A DNA stretch of 64,000 nt from an uncultured Gammaproteobacteria bacterium (GCA_964504535.1 CAZDED010000001.1:37804-101803); one strand, 5' to 3'. Counted from the first letter of the stretch, positions 52,044 to 61,735 are shown. Numbers and translations: made by a program. The notes: generated by a model from the letters alone, not told the origin.

Positions 52044-53234
52044 CTACCAGGCCGAGACGAAGCTTTTAATGTTCTCCATCGTCACAATAAATTTCTGACC
52101 GCGGGGAATTTTGCCTAGCATCATGTAATATACTGTTTTTCTCACTATCCCCTGAATAACTCTTTGAAGTCCTCTGATTCCAGGGTCATATCCCAATGGT
52201 CTGACGATAGCCTCAGGCCACACATCATCATTTATGGCAAAATCATTTGGGGTAAGGCCTGATTCATGCAGCACGTGTGGAAGAACAAATGTTTTTCCGA
52301 TAACTATCTTTTCTTCATCAGTATATGAAGGCATTTGTATAATTTCTAGCCTATCAATGACAGCTGTTGAGATGTCTTTCGTGTTGTTACTTGTTGCGAT
52401 AAATAGAACTTGGGAAAGATCTACCGGATAGTCGATAAAGTGATCAGTAAACGCTTTATTCTGCAATGGGTCAAGAAGTTCTACTAGTACTCCCATGATG
52501 TCACTTCGTGCGTCTTCACTGACCCTATCAATTTCATCCAAAAGTATGACTGGATTTGAAGTTCCTGCACGACGAAGTGCTTTTATGACAAATCCGGGTT
52601 CACTATCTGAATAAAGACGTGACTTACCACGAAGCTGACTGGCAGAACCCATTCCTCCAAATGGAATACGCTCTATTTTTCGACCGAGGGCTTCGGCGAT
52701 AGAATACGCAATTGTTGTTTTTCCGACTCCGGCAAGACCAACAAGAGACAAAATTGGGGCACGAGCGATAATATCAGACCCCTCCTGTCCTGCACGTTGA
52801 CGGGTAAGTATCATGATGGACAGAAATTCCAAAATCTGCTCTTTTACTACCTCAAGTCCAAAATGATTTTTGTCCAAAACTTGCTTTGCGTGGGCAAGGT
52901 CGAGAACATCTTGAGACATCTTGTTCCAAGGAAGTGCAGTTATCCACGTAATGTACCGAGACATGGTGTCATACTCGGTATAAAAGGAAGGTTGATCTTT
53001 AACAATTTTAAGACGAGCAACCATTGCGCGTGCCGCTTGATTGAGGTCTTCCGGAAGACGCGCGTTATTTATCAAACCTTCAAGCTTTGCAATTTGAGTA
53101 CCATTATCAGCAACAGGCTCAGACTGGCTGCTTGCCACTTGCTGCTGGCTGCTGGCTTGTTGTGGATTTGAATTACTCAAACTATTGTCTAATGTCTTTT
53201 GACTGTTGTCTTGTGAATTTTGGGCAGAATCCAT
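52044..53234 (-). CDS. Lon-type AAA+ ATPase module without peptidase domain
   Basis: Recalled similarity to Lon ATPase region: ITALPWNKMSQDVLDLAHAKQVLDKNHFGLEVVKEQILEFLS, LSLVGLAGVGKTT, PGFVIKALRRAGTSNPVILLDEIDRV, VLVELLDPLQNKAFTDHFIDYPVDLSQVLFIATSN; ORF ends 30 nt before rnj with no S16 protease domain; Q/S-rich N-terminal 60 aa; start uncertain. Confidence 0.7.
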   Translation of the reverse strand: MDSAQNSQDNSQKTLDNSLSNSNPQQASSQQQVASSQSEPVADNGTQIAKLEGLINNARLPEDLNQAARAMVARLKIVKDQPSFYTEYDTMSRYITWITALPWNKMSQDVLDLAHAKQVLDKNHFGLEVVKEQILEFLSIMILTRQRAGQEGSDIIARAPILSLVGLAGVGKTTIAYSIAEALGRKIERIPFGGMGSASQLRGKSRLYSDSEPGFVIKALRRAGTSNPVILLDEIDRVSEDARSDIMGVLVELLDPLQNKAFTDHFIDYPVDLSQVLFIATSNNTKDISTAVIDRLEIIQMPSYTDEEKIVIGKTFVLPHVLHESGLTPNDFAINDDVWPEAIVRPLGYDPGIRGLQRVIQGIVRKTVYYMMLGKIPRGQKFIVTMENIKSFVSAW

Positions 53235-53299
53235 AAGATAAGTATATCAGAAGTAAGAATCAAGAATTAAGAATTAAGGAGGTATATAATCAGGAAAAG

Positions 53300-54121
53300 A
53301 TGAAACTACCACTAATCACATCTGCACCACACCATTCAGAAAGTTTTAAAGACCTTTCCCACAGAGTAGCTTTGGACTGGTGGCAAATAGGTGAGTTTTC
53401 AGATAAATACACCGGAGACACGGCTTATCATCCTAATGCATTAGGAAATTTGAAATCAAAATATACAAGGGGTCTTGGAAGTCTCAATCAACCCCGGGAT
53501 CACACGCTTTTTAAGTATCAAGACTTTCACGGAAATACTATTTGGAAAGAGAGCCTGCATCTGACGGATGAAGAAAAGACTTTTTATTTTGAGAATCATT
53601 ACGATCCGTACTATAAAGAGATATCAAGGCTTATTAAAGAATCAAAACAGTTAGGTTTTGATAAAGTAATTTTGTGGGATCATCACGACACAGGAGACTT
53701 TGATCAGCGTACTGGCAAGCGTGACCGCAAGCTACCTGGAGAAAATAGAACAATGCCAAGCTTCATCCTCTCAAATTTTGGCCTTCCTCATACTGGAGAA
53801 TTGGTTCCTGAAAATGGATTTACAACAAGCCCACCAGAATTCATACAAAGTATTCAGACTTTTATAGTTGAAGAATTTGGGGTAAAAAAGCATGAAGTTG
53901 AAATAAATACTTCATATAAAGGTGGGCACATCATGCAACATTTTGGAAATCCTAAAAATGATTTTGGGAATAAAGTAGTTGGTATTCAAATAGAATACAA
54001 CCGGGGATTTATCATGGATCAAGGAACACGAGAACCATATTGGGATACAATAAAAGACTTTAATAAGAAATTTAACAGGGTGATGGAAAAAGCAGTAAAT
54101 TTACTTTGGGATTTATCTTAA
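53300..54121 (+). CDS. putative amidohydrolase (N-formylglutamate-amidohydrolase-like fold?)
   Basis: 273-aa ORF with His-rich candidate metal ligands (SAPHHSE, WDHHDTGDFD); family assignment weak. Confidence 0.3.
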   Translation: MKLPLITSAPHHSESFKDLSHRVALDWWQIGEFSDKYTGDTAYHPNALGNLKSKYTRGLGSLNQPRDHTLFKYQDFHGNTIWKESLHLTDEEKTFYFENHYDPYYKEISRLIKESKQLGFDKVILWDHHDTGDFDQRTGKRDRKLPGENRTMPSFILSNFGLPHTGELVPENGFTTSPPEFIQSIQTFIVEEFGVKKHEVEINTSYKGGHIMQHFGNPKNDFGNKVVGIQIEYNRGFIMDQGTREPYWDTIKDFNKKFNRVMEKAVNLLWDLS

Positions 54122-56496
54122 CTTCTCCAATCATCGCGGCGTCCGCCTTGATAACTAGGTTTTTTATCTGCTCCACTTGAACGTCTTGACCCACCTGAAA
54201 AACTTCTTGAGCCTCCACTTGGTCTACCACTGCCGCCAAAATCTCGTCTTGGTCCACCTCGAGAAAATCCTCCACCAGATGATCCACCACGTCCACCTCT
54301 AAATCCTCCACCTGATCCGCCTCTAGAAGGACCTCTGTCTCCACCGCGATCGCCACCATTTCCATCTCCTTCAGGTCTTTTTGATGGTTTGTCAGCATCT
54401 TCTCCAAATTTCATAGAAAGATTGATTCTTCCCATATCATCAATCTCTTTAACTCTTACCTTTACTTTTTGATCAAGCGTAACAACATCAGCTGGATCCT
54501 GAACATAATCAGTTGACATTTCTGACACATGTACGAGTCCTTCTTTACCTGGAAGGATTTCTACAAATGCTCCAAAATTCATCATACGCTTAACAGTTCC
54601 TTCATATTCCTCACCTGGTTTTACTTCATGAGTAAGTCCCTCAATCCACTCGACTGCTTTTTGTACTGCTTCTTCCTCAACTGCTGAAATTGACACTGAT
54701 CCATCATCCTCAACATCAACCTGTGCTCCGGTTGATGCGATGATGCTTTTTATCATCTTGCCTCCAGGTCCGATGAGTCCACCAATCTTTTCAGGATCAA
54801 TCTTGATCATCTTGATCTTTGGTGCAAATTGACTGACTTCGGCTCTTGACTCAGAAAGTGCCTTCATCATGACTTCCAAAATCTCGAGTCGAGCTTTCTT
54901 GGCTCGAGCAAAAACTTCAGAAACCATCTCGTCGGTAAGAGCATCTTTTTTAACGTCAAGTTGAATTGCAGTTATACCCTCTTTTGTTCCTGCGACTTTA
55001 AAGTCCATGTCACCTGCAAAATCTTCAAGACCAATAATGTCAGTCAAAATTTTGTATTTGTCACCCAATGTCATAAGACCAATTGCAATTCCTGCAACAG
55101 GAGAGGTGATAGGTACTCCAGCATCCATAAGAGCAAGTGTAGATCCACAAGCTGATGCCATGGAAGTTGATCCATTTGAAGACATAACCTCAGAAACGAC
55201 TCTTATCGCATAAGGGAATGTCTCAAGAGGAGGCAAAACTGCTTCCAATGCACGTTGTGCAAGCGCTCCGTGTCCGATTTCTCGTCTATTTGGGCTTCCA
55301 ATTCTACCAGTCTCTCCAACTGAATATGGAGGGAATGAGTAGTGATGCATGTATCTTTGGGTTTCTTCACCCTCTAAAGTTTCAACCAATTGGCTGAATG
55401 AAGATGATGCAAGAGTAGCAATTGAAAGAACTTGAGTCTCTCCTCGTGAAAATAGTGCTGATCCATGAACTCGTGGAAGATATCCGACAGATGAAGTGAT
55501 AGGTCTTACCTCGTCAAGCTTTCTTCCATCAAATCTCTTATCTTTCTCAACGATATTTTCCCGGATGATTTTTTTGAATACATAGTCGACTGCGTCAAAT
55601 ATCTTACCTTTATCAGGAGCACTGTCCCCTTCTTTTGCATTTTTACTTTCCGCCTCAGCAATAATATCTGCAATCTTTCCAAGATCACCACTCACATTTT
55701 CACCCAAATCTCCTTCAAGAACTTCGATGATATTTTTCTTATATGATTTTTCTACGAGTGTTACATAATCAGCCTTTGCCTCGTCAATAGTTAACTCGAT
55801 CTTTTCAACTCCGATTTCTTTTGTGACTTCCTTAACAAACTCAACTAATTTTGATCCCCATTCACGAGCAAGAGTTACCGCTTTTAAAGCTGTCTCTTCA
55901 GGAACTTGTAATGCTCCAGCCTCAACCATAAGAGTATGCCCCGTAGGACTTGCTGTCAGAACGAGATCAAGTGAAAGTGGATTAGTAGTGTCTGGATTTG
56001 TGACAGGCGTATTTGTGCTGTCTTCTGTCAAAACTCCGGCTCTCATTGCTCCAACTGGACCATTCCATGGAATTTTTGAGATGGATAGTGCCATACTGAC
56101 TGCATTGATAGCCAATATGTCTGGGTCATTTACTCCATCAACGGATAAAACATTTACGATTACTTGGACGTCTTTTTTAAGTTCTTTTGGAAATAGTGGG
56201 CGGATAGACCGGTCAATAAGCCGACCTGTTAGAACTGCATCATCAGTAGGTCTTCCTTCTCTTTTGACCCATCTGGATCCTTTGATCTTTCCACCAGCAT
56301 AAAGTCTTTCTACATAATCAACTGATAGTGGGAAATAGTTAAGAGTAGTGTCATTTCTTCCCATGGTGACCGTTGCAAGTACAACTGTGTCTCCCATGCG
56401 AGCAAGGACACTTGATGTAGCAAGTTGAGCCAACTCGCCCATCTCAAATGTTATGGTCTTACCATTAATGTCGAATGACTTTGTGATTTTTTTCAT
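54118..56496 (-). CDS. pnp: polyribonucleotide nucleotidyltransferase (PNPase) with about 90-aa RGG/Gly-Arg-rich C-terminal tail
   Basis: Two RNase PH domains, KH and S1 domains; tail GGDRGGDRGPSRGGSGGGFRGGRGGSSGGGFSRGG... Confidence 0.95.
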   Translation of the reverse strand: MKKITKSFDINGKTITFEMGELAQLATSSVLARMGDTVVLATVTMGRNDTTLNYFPLSVDYVERLYAGGKIKGSRWVKREGRPTDDAVLTGRLIDRSIRPLFPKELKKDVQVIVNVLSVDGVNDPDILAINAVSMALSISKIPWNGPVGAMRAGVLTEDSTNTPVTNPDTTNPLSLDLVLTASPTGHTLMVEAGALQVPEETALKAVTLAREWGSKLVEFVKEVTKEIGVEKIELTIDEAKADYVTLVEKSYKKNIIEVLEGDLGENVSGDLGKIADIIAEAESKNAKEGDSAPDKGKIFDAVDYVFKKIIRENIVEKDKRFDGRKLDEVRPITSSVGYLPRVHGSALFSRGETQVLSIATLASSSFSQLVETLEGEETQRYMHHYSFPPYSVGETGRIGSPNRREIGHGALAQRALEAVLPPLETFPYAIRVVSEVMSSNGSTSMASACGSTLALMDAGVPITSPVAGIAIGLMTLGDKYKILTDIIGLEDFAGDMDFKVAGTKEGITAIQLDVKKDALTDEMVSEVFARAKKARLEILEVMMKALSESRAEVSQFAPKIKMIKIDPEKIGGLIGPGGKMIKSIIASTGAQVDVEDDGSVSISAVEEEAVQKAVEWIEGLTHEVKPGEEYEGTVKRMMNFGAFVEILPGKEGLVHVSEMSTDYVQDPADVVTLDQKVKVRVKEIDDMGRINLSMKFGEDADKPSKRPEGDGNGGDRGGDRGPSRGGSGGGFRGGRGGSSGGGFSRGGPRRDFGGSGRPSGGSRSFSGGSRRSSGADKKPSYQGGRRDDWRS

Positions 56497-56556
56497 TTAA
56501 CTATTTTTTTATCCTTCCCCCAACAACAAACAAGTAATTGTGGATATTCCTCTATT

Positions 56557-56826
56557 TTATTTTAAGAGGCCGACTTTTTTACCTATGCCTTCAGCACGGA
56601 TTTTGTCAACTTTTGTTAAGAAATTAAAAAGCCTTCTTCTCTTTGATAACATATTTAGAAGTCCACGTCTACTGTGAAAATCTTTTTGATGGATCTTTAG
56701 GTGATCTGTTAATTTTGTGATCTTATGAGTAAGAAGCGCTATCTGCACTTCTGGTGATCCAGTGTCTCCGTCGATGACGGCGTTATCCTTAATAATGACT
56801 GTTTTTTCGTCGGTTGTTAATGGCAT
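56557..56826 (-). CDS. rpsO: 30S ribosomal protein S15
   Basis: [17 protein letters not shown]...[12 protein letters not shown]...R; start at internal ATG. Confidence 0.9.
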   Translation of the reverse strand: MPLTTDEKTVIIKDNAVIDGDTGSPEVQIALLTHKITKLTDHLKIHQKDFHSRRGLLNMLSKRRRLFNFLTKVDKIRAEGIGKKVGLLK

Positions 56827-56862
56827 GACAAGTATTTTAACAAATATGAGGCAAATATACAA

Positions 56863-58209
56863 CTAATTGTTATTCTTGGAGCTTTTGAAGACTTTTGGCA
56901 TCAACCAATCATCTGGAATTTCATCAGTTGGAGTCTCACTAAAATTTTGTTCTTCTGGCATTGCAACTTCTTCTATTGGAGCGACAGTAGGCTCATTTAC
57001 TAACTGTGCGTCCATGATTTCTGGTTCAACATCATCCATTACGGGTGTTTGGGTTGGTTGATTTTGAACAGGAGCAGTAGGTCTTTCCTCTTGTCTAATA
57101 CGGTTTCTAATATCGTCAACCGCTGCTCTCCCCTGTGGAAATTGCTGTTGTGAACGTTGCGAAGCCACCACCGGATTGATTCTTTGTGGATTGTTAAAAC
57201 GTCTGTTGTCAACTGTGTTTTGGTTTTGCTGCCCTCTTTGTCCCTGCATATGCATTGCAGGAAAATCAGTGTCATTCACTCTTTGAGAACCAGAGTTTGA
57301 AACTCGTGGTTGTCTGTTTTGTTGTCCACGTGGATCACGGTTTTGATCACGCTTGCCCTGAACATTGTCCAAGGGTCTTGGAGCGTTTTGAAATGATTGA
57401 TCACGTCTTGGCTGTTGTTGCGGTTCGTCATTTCTTCTTTGTGGATGCATCTCATCAGTTTTTCTTTGTGCTCCTTGATACATTGCGTTTGAAGCAGCTT
57501 CAAAAGCCAGTGGCGATGTATTTTGTTTTGTAAAATTTCGTGTTGCAAAAAGAACGCCATCCAATATATTTTGCGCTACATCAATATCCATCGGAAGTGA
57601 AAGGTCTTTTATGATCTTGCCGATTATTTCAGAAAGGGAGGAGAATGATTCGTCAACAATTACAATATCTCCAAAACGGGTGTTTCCTGAAAAGTTGTCG
57701 ATATTTACGATTTTGACGTTATTTGTATCTGCAACTCCCATAAGCTCACCCATTGTCCCTGCTCCAACAGTGATTATTGAAGAAGGTGCTCCGCCTTCCC
57801 ATATAAGTCTTACGTCAGAATTCGTGAATGGAGTGATACTCTTTCCCTCAGCTGCGGTGAGATGAAAATTAATATTTGTAGGATTTTCAGAATTAGGAAA
57901 TTCAGTAAAAAGTACTTTTTCAACTTCTCCTCTTATGTATGGAAGTGAAACTACGAGCTTACCTGAGTTACTTGACGCAAAGTTTTCAGTAATTTTATTG
58001 ACACCAACGAGATTTGAAACCTCAACGGTTGGAGCTTTCTTTGAGATGATCTGAACCTTTTTACCAGCTTGAGACAACGAATTGTAGAGTGCAAGGGAAG
58101 CGGCCACAGTATCAAGATTTTGATGACTTCCAATAACGATACCAAGGTCGGCTGCCTGATCTAAAAAGCCTTTTAAAAGATTTATTTCCTGCGCAATTGT
58201 AGGATTCAT
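56863..58209 (-). CDS. DHH/DHHA1-like (NrnA-position) protein with degenerate motifs and Gln/Arg/Pro-rich C-terminal extension
   Basis: Gene sits in the usual nrnA slot downstream of infB; N-terminal IVIGSHQNLDTVAASLAL resembles the DHH motif-I region but lacks the DHH triad; about 180-aa low-complexity tail. Confidence 0.35.
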   Translation of the reverse strand: MNPTIAQEINLLKGFLDQAADLGIVIGSHQNLDTVAASLALYNSLSQAGKKVQIISKKAPTVEVSNLVGVNKITENFASSNSGKLVVSLPYIRGEVEKVLFTEFPNSENPTNINFHLTAAEGKSITPFTNSDVRLIWEGGAPSSIITVGAGTMGELMGVADTNNVKIVNIDNFSGNTRFGDIVIVDESFSSLSEIIGKIIKDLSLPMDIDVAQNILDGVLFATRNFTKQNTSPLAFEAASNAMYQGAQRKTDEMHPQRRNDEPQQQPRRDQSFQNAPRPLDNVQGKRDQNRDPRGQQNRQPRVSNSGSQRVNDTDFPAMHMQGQRGQQNQNTVDNRRFNNPQRINPVVASQRSQQQFPQGRAAVDDIRNRIRQEERPTAPVQNQPTQTPVMDDVEPEIMDAQLVNEPTVAPIEEVAMPEEQNFSETPTDEIPDDWLMPKVFKSSKNNN

Positions 58210-58211
58210 AT

Positions 58212-59669
58212 TTACAAACAGGATATTACCATATCACCTATAGTAAAGTCAACTTGTGGATCTATCATAATTCCACATTCATTACCGCGTCCCAGCTCTT
58301 TTACGTCTTTTTTCCCCTGTTTGAGGGACAGAATTTTACTGTCGGGAGTTTCTTCATCTCCACGGGTGATTATGATCTTGTCTCCAACTGCAAGTCTACC
58401 CTCAGTGATTCTGACTCCCAAAATTTGTCCTTCATTTCCTTCAAAAGTTGCTAAAATCTGTGCTTTACCAAGAATTTTTCGCTGTTGTCTTTCACGAATA
58501 AGAGCAATTGCATCTACCAATTCATCCAAAAGATTATAGATGATGTTATATGTCCTATAGAATATTTTATTTGAATCAGCGAGGATCCTTGCTTGTTTTT
58601 CTATGGTGACGTTAAATCCAACAATAATTGCATTAAAGTCTTTAGCCATAAGTACATCTGAGGCAGATATTTCTCCTCTTCCCTCATATACAACCTCAAC
58701 ATCATCAGGTAAAGTAGCCAAAATAGCCTCAAATTCCCCGCTTGTCTGAGTCTTTATGATCACGGGAAGTTTTTCATTCTGCTTGTTTTGGAGAAATGTC
58801 ATAAGATCTGCTGTCGTGTGAGTAGCTAGTTCTACCTCTTTTTGATCGGTTGATATAGCCTTTGAGTTGACGATGCTTCCCGCTGGAAGTACTTCTGTAA
58901 ATCCAAGAACTTCAACAGCATCTCCAGGATATGCTACTTTTACTTGTAGACCCGTTGTATCTATCAATGCACGTATTTTACCTGCCTCTTTCCTTTCTGT
59001 ATAAATCTTATCCCCTACAGCAACGTGTCCGTTTTTGACGACAAGGGAGGCCAAAATTCCACGTCTCTTGTCTAATTTTGCCTCAATAATGACACCTAAA
59101 AAGTCGGAAATATCAGTTTTTTTGATCTCAGAAAAATCGTAGACGATAACGATAAGCTCTAAAAGGTCAGAAATCTTATCCCCAGTCTTGGCACTAACCC
59201 CAATAAATGGAACATCGCCGCCAAGTCCTTCTAACAAAACCCCTTCTTTGGCTAACTGTTGTTTTATCTTTTCGATTTGAGAACCTTCAGCATCCGTCTT
59301 TGTAAAAACTACAATAAAAGGCAATTTTGAGGCTAATATCTTTTCGATCGACTCTTTCGTCTGTGGCTTTATCCCATCATCTGAAGCGATGATAAGAAGA
59401 ACGATATCTGATGCGCTGACTCCGTGAGAGCGCATATTGGCAAATGCTTCGTGTCCTGGGGTATCTATAAATGTAATAAATCTCTTTTTTCCTTCGTGTT
59501 CAACTTCAATTTTTGAGGCTCCGATGGCTTGGGTAATACCGCCGGCTTCACCACCAACGATGTTACTTTTGCGGATGCTGTCTAGTAAAGTAGTTTTTCC
59601 GTGGTCAACGTGACCTAGAACTGATACGACAGGAGGATAGATTTTTGTAGATTCGACTTGTTTTTCCAT
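58212..59669 (-). CDS. infB: translation initiation factor IF-2 (compact form, G domain to C-terminus)
   Basis: VVSVLGHVDHGKTTLLD, DTPGHEAF, NKxD and C-terminal beta-barrel domains; start set to the internal ATG at 59669 to avoid overlap with nusA. Confidence 0.93.
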   Translation of the reverse strand: MEKQVESTKIYPPVVSVLGHVDHGKTTLLDSIRKSNIVGGEAGGITQAIGASKIEVEHEGKKRFITFIDTPGHEAFANMRSHGVSASDIVLLIIASDDGIKPQTKESIEKILASKLPFIVVFTKTDAEGSQIEKIKQQLAKEGVLLEGLGGDVPFIGVSAKTGDKISDLLELIVIVYDFSEIKKTDISDFLGVIIEAKLDKRRGILASLVVKNGHVAVGDKIYTERKEAGKIRALIDTTGLQVKVAYPGDAVEVLGFTEVLPAGSIVNSKAISTDQKEVELATHTTADLMTFLQNKQNEKLPVIIKTQTSGEFEAILATLPDDVEVVYEGRGEISASDVLMAKDFNAIIVGFNVTIEKQARILADSNKIFYRTYNIIYNLLDELVDAIALIRERQQRKILGKAQILATFEGNEGQILGVRITEGRLAVGDKIIITRGDEETPDSKILSLKQGKKDVKELGRGNECGIMIDPQVDFTIGDMVISCL

Positions 59670-59694
59670 ATTGATTGCGTTATGACTCTCATGA

Positions 59695-60705
59695 TTAGGC
59701 TTTTTCCTCAAGCTCAGGCTCAAGAGGGGCTTCAATTCCTTCAACTTCAATATTGTATCCGGTCAATTTTGAGGCAAGTCTCACATTTTGTCCTTCTTTC
59801 CCGATAATAAGAGGTAGCTCTTCTTTTGGAGCTTTGACAGTTGCTACTTTTTCTTTCTCATTGAGCTCAATTGTTAGATTTTTTGCAGGAGAAAGTGCAT
59901 TTGCGATAAATCTTGAAGTATCACTATTCCATTGAATAACGTCAATCTTCTCAAGTCCATCAACAGCATCAATAACTGCCTGGATACGTACTCCTTTTTG
60001 TCCTACACAAGAACCAACGGGATCAATACCCGACTGATCTGAATGGACTGCGATTTTTGCTCTAGATCCTGGTTCACGGACAATTTCTTTAATAGTTACA
60101 CTTCCTGAAGCAACTTCCGGAACTTCACGTCGCAATAATCCTTCCAAAAGTCCATTATGGGTTCTTGACACGATGATTTCCCGACCTCGCTTTTCATCAT
60201 CAGCAATCTCAACGATGTATACTGCCATTTTTTTGTTAAGGTAGTAATTCTCGTTCTGGATTCTGTGGTTTGGTGGGATAATAGCTTCTGCTTTACCGAT
60301 ATCAACAACAATTGCGCTTCCTGCAAATCTCAAAATATTTCCGGTAACGACAGTCCCGATTCTCTTCGTGTATTCTGCCATGATGGCATCTTTTTCTCTT
60401 TCACGGATTTTTTGAAGAAGTACTTGCTTTGCTGTTTGGGTAGCGATTCGTCCAAATCCTGGAGGTGTTACATCTTTTCCTTCATACATGATTTTTGTCT
60501 CACCGGTATTTGAATTGATTTCAGCCGAATATTTATCAGCCTCAACTGTCTCGTCTTCATCAACAGTTTCTTGGACATGATCTTTTTTGTAGGCTGCAAG
60601 TATTGCAGTCTTTATGCTCTCTAAAATTATTTCAGGATCAACTCCACGCTCTTGAGCTATTTGGTTAAGTGCGAGTGAGAACTCGCTTCTTTGTATTGCT
60701 GGCAT
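59695..60705 (-). CDS. nusA: transcription termination/antitermination factor NusA (no C-terminal acidic repeats)
   Basis: N-terminal domain, S1 and two KH domains; start at the internal ATG at 60705 (MPAIQRSEF...). Confidence 0.93.
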   Translation of the reverse strand: MPAIQRSEFSLALNQIAQERGVDPEIILESIKTAILAAYKKDHVQETVDEDETVEADKYSAEINSNTGETKIMYEGKDVTPPGFGRIATQTAKQVLLQKIREREKDAIMAEYTKRIGTVVTGNILRFAGSAIVVDIGKAEAIIPPNHRIQNENYYLNKKMAVYIVEIADDEKRGREIIVSRTHNGLLEGLLRREVPEVASGSVTIKEIVREPGSRAKIAVHSDQSGIDPVGSCVGQKGVRIQAVIDAVDGLEKIDVIQWNSDTSRFIANALSPAKNLTIELNEKEKVATVKAPKEELPLIIGKEGQNVRLASKLTGYNIEVEGIEAPLEPELEEKA

Positions 60706-60722
60706 ATTGTTCTTTACTACGT

Positions 60723-60749
60723 AAAAAAAATGGTGGGCCACTCCCACCA
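60723..60749 (-). terminator. intrinsic-terminator-like hairpin (TGGTGGG/CCCACCA stem + U8) in the nusA leader
   Basis: On the minus strand: 7-bp GC-rich stem, 5-nt loop, then TTTTTTTT, lying between a sigma70-like promoter (about 60774..60802) and the nusA start codon. Confidence 0.45.
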
Positions 60750-60773
60750 CTTCTTTATGTAGTTACAGGATTG

Positions 60774-60802
60774 ATTTTAACAGAAATGAGGGCATAAAGT
60801 CA
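60774..60802 (-). promoter_or_regulatory. candidate sigma70-type promoter for the nusA-infB operon
   Basis: Minus strand TTGACT-17 nt-TTAAAAT. Confidence 0.35.
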
Positions 60803-60870
60803 AGGAAGCGACCTCAAAAAATAAATATAAGATGATCTGTTTGGTAATATAAATATACAGATTGTTAGTC

Positions 60871-60901
60871 TTGACAGTCCTGCCAAGTGCTGGCATATAA
60901 T
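60871..60901 (+). promoter_or_regulatory. candidate sigma70-type promoter (TTGACA-19 nt-TATAAT), divergent from nusA
   Basis: cTTGACAgtcctgccaagtgctggcaTATAATaa. Confidence 0.4.
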
Positions 60902-60993
60902 AACTAACATTATCGTTCTACGTTGCCCCTTAGAACTCTGGATTCATCTTACTTTCGACCTGCCATGACAAATTTAAACTGCTCAAATTATTG

Positions 60994-61020
60994 ACCCTGC
61001 GATATTCGGAGGGTTTTTTT
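60994..61020 (+). terminator. intrinsic-terminator-like hairpin (CCCTGCG...CGGAGGG + T7) upstream of the 61070 ORF
   Basis: gaCCCTGCGatatTCGGAGGGttttttt about 100 nt downstream of the 60871 promoter and 45 nt upstream of the ORF. Confidence 0.45.
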
Positions 61021-61069
61021 GTGATTTAAATATAGTCTGGTTCGGCAGGAGTATCTTTACAAAAAGGAG

Positions 61070-61681
61070 GTGAAATATATGAATATCAAGCAAAAAATCG
61101 CATCAGCAGTTGCATTCGGTACAATGATGGTGAGCGTAGTAGCCCCAGCATCATTTGCAGCAACAAATACTGTTACTGTTACCGGAAATGGGGCTTTCAG
61201 CTACACAAAAGCTGTAGTCAAAAACATTTCATCAACAGCAACTGTTCAAGAGAACACAACCGCTGTCAATACATGGGCTGGTTTGTCCGCTAACACAGGA
61301 AAAAACAAACAAAACTTTAATGTAGGAAATGGTGGTTCAAACAGCATTACAACTGGACCTGCTACCAACATAGTTGGTATCAGCGTTACTGGTGGAACTA
61401 ACACAAACACATCCCCATGTGGTTGTGCTGGTGACAACACAAATACAGTAACCGTTACCGGTGGAGGAGCATTTAGCTCGTCAAAAGCTGTAGTGATTAA
61501 CAGCAATTCTACGGTTGTTAGTCAGACAAATACAACAGCTGTAAATACCAATGTATGGTCAAGTGCCAACACTGGTGGAAACAGTCAAAGTTTCAATGTA
61601 GGCGGAGGCAATTCAGTCACAACTGATCCAGCTTCTAATACAGTTGGAGTAGAAGTTGGTGGGTCTACAAACACTAACTAG
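61070..61681 (+). CDS. secreted Asn/Thr/Gly-rich protein with two ~80-aa tandem repeats
   Basis: Strong SD (aaaggagg) 7 nt upstream; signal peptide ...VVAPASFAA; repeats NTVTVTG(N/G)GAFS..KAVV.N...T..Q.NTTAVNT...S.ANTG.N.Q.FNVG.G. Confidence 0.6.
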   Translation: MKYMNIKQKIASAVAFGTMMVSVVAPASFAATNTVTVTGNGAFSYTKAVVKNISSTATVQENTTAVNTWAGLSANTGKNKQNFNVGNGGSNSITTGPATNIVGISVTGGTNTNTSPCGCAGDNTNTVTVTGGGAFSSSKAVVINSNSTVVSQTNTTAVNTNVWSSANTGGNSQSFNVGGGNSVTTDPASNTVGVEVGGSTNTN

Positions 61682-61693
61682 TTTTTTTCAATT

Positions 61694-61735
61694 CAAACCC
61701 TCTGCAACCAAAAGGTTCCGGAGGGTTTGTTTTTG
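61694..61735 (+). terminator. intrinsic terminator after the 61070..61681 gene
   Basis: AAACCCTCTGCAACCAAAAGGTTCCGGAGGGTTT followed by GTTTTT. Confidence 0.5.

Noticed and set aside
54072-54407. Minus-strand ORF in another frame over the PNPase tail
   Set aside because: Alternative frame of the GC-rich RGG-tail repeats; PNPase frame is continuous with the conserved S1 domain.
59695-59750. Upstream extension of infB (ORF opens at 59750, overlapping nusA by 56 nt)
   Set aside because: The extension (MKLKELKPLLSLSLRKKPNHESHNAIN) is unlike any IF-2 sequence and overlaps the nusA 3' end; the internal ATG at 59669 immediately precedes the conserved G-domain.
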